In this document: positions 1 to 5,953 of the stretch, piece after piece
How positions within the stretch are numbered: the stretch's first letter is position 1
Layout: each line of letters begins with the position of its first letter
Assembly: GCA_964016885.1 (NCBI GenBank)
Contig: OZ024765.1
Location: 18,848,001 to 18,912,000, forward strand
Origin: Eledone cirrhosa
Taxonomy: Eukaryota
Direction of reading: 5' to 3'
Length of the DNA: 64,000 nucleotides
Notes under the pieces: model-generated
What the model saw: only the letters and a program-made list of their open reading frames with translations
What the model was told of the DNA's origin: nothing
Databases searched by the model: none
Translations under genes and position numbers: made by a program

Positions 1-454
1 ATACGGTAATATATGTTCTTTTTATCAGCTTCGTCTTTTATTTATAAACGTTTATGTACGTACGTGTATAAATGTGTACCTGTGTAATCTTGTGTGTACA
101 TAAGTATTTATAATAATGTTGTCCCACTCACTTTATAATTACAACTACTACTATTAATAATTTTAACACTATTATCATTATTATATTCACACGTCTCTTA
201 TCCTTAACACTTACTATGGCTTTCTCTCTTACATGTGAGATACACGGTTTGTTTACTAATCAACATTTACTCGAAGATGTAGTGATGTGTGACGGAAAAT
301 CGGGGGGAATCCTTAGTGTAACTTGAGGGCAACGTGCACCTGTGCACCCGTATATATGTTTATGCCGGGATCCATCTGCTGTAACCACAGTGAGTAAGGT
401 ACTCACTACATAGTAGAGTATAAATACTTAATAAATAATATTTAATATAGAAAT

Positions 455-550
455 GGCTTCTGAAGGAATAGAACTGTTTCATTAGGAAAAAAATCAACTG
501 GAAAGCCCTTGATTTCTTCCGAATGAAACAGTTCTAGTCCTGCAAAAGCC
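455..550. repeat. Long imperfect inverted repeat / hairpin (~42-bp stem, ~11-nt loop)
   Basis: ggcttctgaaggaatagaactgtttcattaggaaaaaaatcaa (455-497) is the near reverse complement of ttgatttcttccgaatgaaacagttctagtcctgcaaaagcc (509-550); loop ctggaaagccc. Confidence 0.85.
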
Positions 551-551
551 C

Positions 552-799
<248 letters not shown>

Positions 800-1399
800 T
801 GTGTGCATGTATATATATAAATAAATAAATGTTTGTGTGCTCATAAGCCCAAGTGTCTATGATGATAAGGTCCCCCTATCTTTGTATATATATGTCGATG
901 TCTATTTCCACATGGCATCTCTGGTCCTCGATGTTCTCACCGCCTGCTTTACGTAGCATCTTAACTATCTAATATTTATTCAGAGAGGTTCTCCCTTCAT
1001 ATCACAAATATTCCTTCTGGCTCACTGAAAACTTGTCTTGCATCATAGAGTAAGAGAGATCTAAATAAAGAATCTGTCTGATGTTACTATATATGTATGT
1101 AGGGACCTTGTAAGGGAGTGCTAGAGGCCCCACATTGACAGTCGGGGTGTCTAGGGTATTTTGTAAAAAGTTGACAGATCCCATCTCCACCCAGATCTGG
1201 TAACAGATGTCTTACAGAGATTTAGAGAGAGTGAAAGAAAGGAATTGAGAAAGAGATATAGAACGAGAAACGACCCTAGTATTACACTGGTATTTCTTTC
1301 TAACTAACATTTCTTTCTAGTAACAACACTAAAAAACCCATGATCGCCACCACGTCCTAAATCTAACTCTGCGATCGTCATATCAAATCGAAATACTTC

Positions 1400-1810
1400 A
1401 CAAACTCTGGAAGATGAAGGATTTAAGAACTATGATATATAGCTAAGAGGCTTGTCTCCAGAACATTTAGTAAGGTGTAAGCCAAGGGTTGCCAAATATT
1501 TTGGCGTCATTACCCACATTCACATGAAAAAATGTTCCACCAGCCACCTGTATAGTAAATATTCCAAAGTATACCAAATATGTTTCGTAAATGTTTGTTC
1601 CTGGTTCAATTTTCCCAATTAGCTTCCTGATTTTTATTCAGGTTCTTTGCATATATTTCTTGAATAGGTTTTCGGGTAGCATACCTTCTTAAATCTCAAA
1701 ATTCTATATCGGCCACCAAAGTTTCCAATGGCCCTCAATTTTCTGTTCAGCTGCTCATCACCCACCCAACAGCTGAAATCGCCCAGTTGAGAATCCCCTG
1801 GGGGTAAGCT
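1400..1810 (-). mobile_element. Decayed Merlin (IS1595/IS1016-like DDE) transposase fragment; one copy per unit (unit 2: ~6040-6450)
   Basis: Frameshifted minus-strand translation (unit 2) gives, in order, QLGGFNCWVGDEQL..NFGGRYR..KKVCY..SRN / LIGKIKPGTNIY..FFHVNV..IFGNP / GLH / FWRQA / LQSFI. This follows the Merlin pattern GG.G..VEIDES..VFGG.ER..R....L...I.PGT.IYSD..H..VNH...F.DP.TG.HTN.IE..W..AK..LQSY. Stops and frameshifts present; matched by eye only. Confidence 0.55.
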
Positions 1811-1829
1811 ACCTCGAATGATGCTATAT

Positions 1830-2500
1830 ATTAATCCAGGGGAGGAGGTGAGTATTATAATTTTTTATAAGTAATAATCTTTTAAAGACAAGAGGAAATT
1901 TCATCATTAAAATCATAAATATATGTCTACAGAATACAGATTATCAAAATGAAATTAAAAGCAAGTAAATCAGGGGCCACTAAGCTTTACATATTTAGTT
2001 TTATTTCTATCGTGAAAAATGTTGATCTTCAGATATTAGATTATAGCTGTAATTGTCTTTGTGTTTACGTGTTTGTTTGAAATCCTTTTTTAATGATTGT
2101 CTCTCTTTAAACATCGTTTATAGTTTGTTAAAATTAATTTTAGATTATTCATACCTCGTCTGTGTGGTTTATTTTGATGTAGCGTCCCTGTCTTGTTTAT
2201 TTTTGGTTACATTTTAAATGTGAAATACAGGAACATCAGACATTAAAATGAAATGTTACGTAAAACACACACCTTGTGTTTATTCCAGGTATTTAGATAG
2301 ATGTCCAGATGTCCACTGACAACAAAATAATACAATCTCCAGTGAAACTTGGTAATAATCCAGGTTCGTTGCAGTCACCATTAAACAGTAAACAATGGTT
2401 AGAAAGAATCAAAAACAAAAACAAAAGACGTATTCAGCAGTTAATGAAGTGAAAACAAAATAAAAACAACTTTACTGAATAAAATTCATTTCTTAATTTC
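1830..2500 (+). other. Module B: three-exon gene-like structure paralogous to module A, possibly derelict; one per unit
   Basis: Donor GGAG|GTGAGT at 1847/1848 (GTGACT in other units); acceptor tctacag| at 1932; ATG 1949; donor GCAA|GTAAAT at 1964/1965; acceptor tttattccag| at 2288; AATAAA at 2459 and 2478 followed by a T-rich tract. Confidence 0.45.
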
Positions 2501-2647
2501 AATAAGGTTTTTTGTTCTTTCTTTTATAAAAAAAAACAAATTTTAATTAAAATATGTTGAATATAATATGGGAGATTACTACAAAGTACAGCATTATTAG
2601 TTCAAATCTTACCTAATAAAAGCAACAAATACGCAGTTATTAGTATA

Positions 2648-2719
2648 GAACCTAACAGAAATCGAACCCTAAATCAAGATCTCCACCGTCTCTAGTACTT
2701 ACCATTAGGCCACAGGGAC
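2648..2719 (-). repeat. tRNA-like (A-box/B-box) repeat copy t1; present in every unit
   Basis: Reverse complement gtccctgTGGCCTAATGGtaagtactagagacggtggagatcttgatttagGGTTCGATTtctg; no intact cloverleaf. Confidence 0.7.
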
Positions 2720-2759
2720 GGTTACAAAAATGCATTGAAAATTAATATTTACTTACCTA

Positions 2760-2951
2760 TACTAGAAATAACCGGAAGTGGAGAAAATTGAAAAACTTTT
2801 CCTTTTTCATCCTCTGATTTTTCAAACAAAAACGAAATTTTTGCCACGAACGATAACTCGTCTCTGACTTAAATGCAAATTTTGGATTAAAAAAAATCAG
2901 AGGAAGAAAAAGATGTTTTTCAATTTTCTCCACTTCCGGTTTTTTCTAGTA
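2760..2951. repeat. Central palindrome, ~60-bp arms around a ~45-65-bp spacer, each arm containing ACCGGAAGTG; present in every unit
   Basis: ctagaaaaaaccggaagtggagaaaattgaaaaac...cctctgattttt mirrored by aaaaatcagagg...gtttttcaattttctccacttccggttttttctag. Confidence 0.95.
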
Positions 2952-3000
2952 ATGAAAACGTAGGTTTATAAATATCAATTTTCAGTATGTTTCCGTAACC

Positions 3001-3075
3001 GTCCCTTTAGCCCAGTGGTAACTATAAGAGTCAGTGGAGATCCAGGTCCGGGGTTCAATCACTGGCAGTGTGTCG
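3001..3075 (+). repeat. tRNA-like repeat copy t2; present in every unit
   Basis: gtcccttTAGCCCAGTGGtaac...ggGGTTCAATCact; TATAAATA at 2967 (34 nt upstream); T6 run at 3083. Confidence 0.7.
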
Positions 3076-3154
3076 TATTATATTTTTTATAGTATAAAAC
3101 AAAAAAAAAAAAAGTAACTTTATAAATATTAATTTTCACACTGTTTTTATATCT

Positions 3155-3228
3155 GTCTCCGTGGCCTAATGGTAGGTATTAGAGACGGTGGAGAACCTGC
3201 TCTGGGTTTCGATTTCAGTCAAAGTCTA
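3155..3228 (+). repeat. tRNA-like repeat copy t3; present in every unit
   Basis: gtctccgTGGCCTAATGGtaggtattagagacggtggagaacctgctctggGTTTCGATTtcag; TATAAATA at 3121 (34 nt upstream); T5 run at 3244. Confidence 0.7.
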
Positions 3229-3289
3229 TAGATAATAATTTCATTTTTTACTTTACTAGAGAAAAATTTAAATTTAAAAATATATAGTA

Positions 3290-3363
3290 CAGATTCGGAC
3301 TGAGATTGAACACCACATCAGTGTCTACATAGTCTCTAACACCTACCATTAGGCCAACGAAAC
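3290..3363 (-). repeat. tRNA-like repeat copy t4; present in every unit (A-box deleted in unit 8)
   Basis: Reverse complement gtttcgtTGGCCTAATGGtaggtgttagagac...gtGTTCAATCtcag; TATAAATA on the minus strand at 3391-3398. Confidence 0.7.
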
Positions 3364-3939
3364 AAATACAAGAACATAAGAAAAAATTAATATTTATAAA
3401 CCTACTTTCAATTTTCAAGTAAAATAGATGTGCTGGCGTTCATGGCTTTCTCGTTGTTATTTCTACTATAATCGGGTCAATGTTTACATTTATTCTTCTG
3501 GGGCTTTCATAAAATATATTTTCACTTTCTTTCGGGTTCATTAGATCCTACAACCAGATGATCTACAGGGACCTTCTTCGTGGTCATAGCTGATTATTAA
3601 ATATATACGGGAGTGTGTGTATTAGACCTTGCCGTGATGTACTCAGCAATAATTGTTTTCAATTCCGTCGTCCCTCCATCCTTGGTGTCTATATAAATAT
3701 ATATGCGATTTTAACGTACAACGGCGACAATATATAAATCTGTTTTGTTTGATAATAATTAGATAAAGCTTATTCTACAAGCCCTGTTAAACATTGAAAC
3801 CACGACTATAAAATATAGCAACAACCACGACATAACAGTCTCTGGTTAAATATGATTTAATGAAATTATTGCTAGAGATTGATCCCTAATATTTTATCTC
3901 ACTCCTTAACCAGGGAGGAAAGGTCCTCAGACTCGGAAA

Positions 3940-4030
3940 ATGTTGATAAGGAGAGCAGAGTGTATCCTTATTTGTCACGTCTTTCCAGTTGTCACGGTAT
4001 ATAAAAGGCAGTAGTACTAGTCATTCCTGC
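3940..4030 (+). promoter_or_regulatory. TATA-box promoter candidate of module A; essentially invariant in all 14 units
   Basis: TATATAAAAGG at 3998-4008 in a locally GC-richer context; upstream GATAAG (GATA-type), CCTTATTTG (CArG-like) and two TTGTCACG motifs; Inr-like TCA(T/C)TC at 4021. Confidence 0.55.
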
Positions 4031-4310
4031 GAAAGACGTTGTCAGTTAGCCTTCTGTAACGAGAGAAGAAGGTAGTGGCTTTTTCCTCCCTATCACATAA
4101 TTCATACATTTGTCATCCTTTAGATATCAATATACAAGAGAAAGAAGAAAATTGCGAACTTCGGTCTTTTAAAAGTAACATTTATTACATTAGAGAAAAA
4201 TCTTGCATTAACAATATTTTGTGAGACTAAACATGTAATGGACAAAGAGATTATTAGAACAGGGCAATTGTCTCTATCTTAAACGTCAATACATTCTACA
4301 GAAAATCGAA

Positions 4311-4373
4311 ATGAGAATAATTACAGAGATACTTTACAAAATGTTCCGCGATATGGTTCAGGTTATTTTGTAG
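4311..4373 (+). CDS. Candidate micropeptide MRIITEILYKMFRDMVQVIL (or ...MVQ|VYRKLS if spliced to 4990-5010), unit 1
   Basis: First ATG of the predicted transcript, with A at -3; amphipathic i,i+3/4 pattern; intact in all 14 units. Confidence 0.4.
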   Translation: MRIITEILYKMFRDMVQVIL

Positions 4374-4419
4374 TAATATGCAGCTATATTTATACATGTC
4401 TCTTATACCCCCTCCACGA

Positions 4420-4780
4420 GGAATTGTGAATATGTATGAATATGATTTTAAAGATGGCTAAACATGTTGAAGAAAAAAAAGGAATTCAGATGATAGGAAT
4501 AATAAAGTATTCCTTTGCCTAGCTAAATGTCGAGAGGTCTAAAACACTAGTTGAATGATATGTGTGATACGACCTAGAATATTGTTTTGGGGCATGGTCA
4601 GACGACTTCAGAAAATACGGAGAAGCTATTGAAGGAATCCAGAGAAGAACAAAACAGAAAACACCAGAAGTATTAAGAAATATGTCTTCTGAAGAAAGAT
4701 GTTAAACTTTAGGGATTGCAAATTTAGAGGAGATAAATCTAAGAGGGTGGAGGGACATGATAGAAATATATATTTAAAGG
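4420..4780 (+). mobile_element. Degenerate 3' fragment of a CR1-group LINE ORF2, inside predicted intron 2 of module A; one per complete unit
   Basis: Plus-strand translation KHVEEKKGIQMIGIIKYSFA*LNVERSKTLVE*YV*YDLEYCFGAWSDDFRKYGEAIEGIQRRTKQKTPEVLRNMSSEERC*TLGIANLEEINLRGWRDMIEIY matches the CR1 C-terminal signature (VRPHLEYC...WSP....D...LE.VQRRAT.....L..LSYEERL..LGL..LE.RRLRGD.IE.YK) with stops. Confidence 0.85.
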
Positions 4781-5235
4781 ACTAATATTTAAATAGTAGT
4801 ACACCATTCCAATGTAAAGCCCTGAATAACTACATCTTTTGGGGAGATATATCAAACGAGTGACATGAGAGAAATATTTAAAATAATGAAAAGACTACAA
4901 TATACAGTATTGCAGAAGTAAATGAAAATATAAGAAGACATCACCATTGAACTGCAGATGAAAGTCAGTACTCTTTACATTTATCCCAGGTATATAGAAA
5001 GCTATCCTGATGTCCACTGATTGAAATATAAAACAATAAAGAAACACCACTATCCAGTAAACGTTAGTAATAATCCAATTAAGCCGCCATTTACAGTAGA
5101 AAATAGTAAGAAAAACAATGTCACACTCATGCAGTGAAAATAATAAAAATATTATTAATAAATAATAATAATTTCATTTCATATTATCATTAAATTGTTT
5201 GTCTATTTTTATTGTAAACATAAGATATATACATA

Positions 5236-5284
5236 AATATATATATATATATATACATATATTATTATTATTATTATATATATA
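5236..5284. repeat. (AT)n/(TAT)n microsatellite, length variable between units
   Basis: Directly visible; the (TAT)n extension occurs only in units 1 and 3. Confidence 0.9.
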
Positions 5285-5324
5285 GATTCATACATATACA
5301 TCGATACATTCTGTGAGTATGTCT

Positions 5325-5460
5325 TACTTAGGCAAAAGTCAAGTAATTTGCGGGGAGGAACCAATCCGTTAAATTGATCCCAGTGCATGACTGGTACTAT
5401 AAGTTATCAGCTCCAAAATCATAAAATTATGGATTAATCTAAACACTGAGAACACAAAGG
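5325..5460 (-). mobile_element. Degenerate Octopus-type tRNA-derived SINE remnant; one per complete unit
   Basis: aggcaaaagtcaagtaatttgcggggagg...aattgatcccagtgcatgactggtact...gagaacacaaag resembles the abundant Octopus repeat ggcacaaggcc...ttttgggggagg...atcgaccccagt...actggtact...cagaacgtaaag as I recall it; not database-verified. Confidence 0.55.
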
Positions 5461-5859
5461 TGGGGTAAAATTATTTAAAATTTGAGGTTTTAATATTTTA
5501 TCTTTTATTTACAAATTATATATCTTGGTGTCATATTTAAGGATATAATGTAGTTATTGGTGGAAATAATATAGTATGTGATGAAGAGGTGTATATAACT
5601 GTGGATATAGAATTGTTTTAATCATTATTTTTAACGGACGAAAAAAACTACATAATGACTTCTAGTCGGAGTTACGGGAAATTACGGCAAAGACCCTCAA
5701 TGAAGGTTCAAATATTACACACCTACACATTATCTATATATAAGACTGAGGCTAAACAATTTACGGGCACGTCGCTCTAAGTTGGAATATTTTTAACACA
5801 CAGAGACACGGGAGTTAGGTATGGCATATTTAAAATAAGAGAACATTATTAAAGACGGA

Positions 5860-5953
5860 GTCATTGTAGGTTCAAATCATTGTTAGACCGATCAGAAAGA
5901 AAATGGATATTTAATTCATGAAAAAACCTGAAGTGTGAAAGACAGAGTCGACC
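5860..5953. mobile_element. SINE-like remnant truncated at the unit junction
   Basis: B-box-like GGTTCAAATC at 5869; cctgaagtgtgaaagacagagtcgacc resembles the Octopus SINE segment cccgaaaggatgaaaggcaaagtcgacc (from recall). Confidence 0.4.

Larger units (their letters stand above)
4022..5185 (+). other. Module A: predicted spliced transcript (exon 1 ~4022-4071, exon 2 4302-~4361/4372, exon 3 4990-~5185); one per unit
   Basis: Donor GAAG|GT at 4071/4072; acceptor cattctacag| at 4301; acceptor tttatcccag| at 4989; AATAAA at 5142 and 5157 with a downstream T/GT-rich tract; the same junction motifs are conserved in module B. Confidence 0.5.
1313..5953 (+). repeat. Array unit 1 (left-edge unit, most diverged), 4641 bp
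   Basis: Between successive unit markers. Confidence 0.95.

Noticed and set aside
1002-1190. 62-aa minus-strand ORF in the unique flank
   Set aside because: No recognisable motif or gene-structure support; possibly an old TE fragment I cannot assign.
1300-1470. Branch point plus acceptor (actaac..ttctttctag) and possible coding exon at the array start
   Set aside because: All three downstream frames hit stops early, and the region is better explained as the antisense of the transposase relic.
2309-2452. 47-aa ORF MSTDNKIIQSPVKLG... in module B exon 3
   Set aside because: Open only in unit 1; a 1-nt difference truncates it in the other units.
2648-3363. Functional tRNA genes (His-like)
   Set aside because: A/B boxes are present but acceptor and anticodon stems do not pair properly, and the copies differ in the anticodon region.
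4022-4090. Spliced-leader RNA or U7/U6 snRNA gene array
   Set aside because: No Sm site (AU4-6G) after the donor and no recognisable U6 or U7 motifs.
4990-5020. Conserved terminal coding frame YIESYPDVH* / YLDRCPDVH* in both modules
   Set aside because: Attractive paralogy, but many A copies have an in-frame TAG (agcTAGcct), several B copies have an 8-nt deletion, and no upstream frame leads into it.
5936-5953. miR-71-like seed TGAAAGAC
   Set aside because: No hairpin context; lies in a SINE-like segment.
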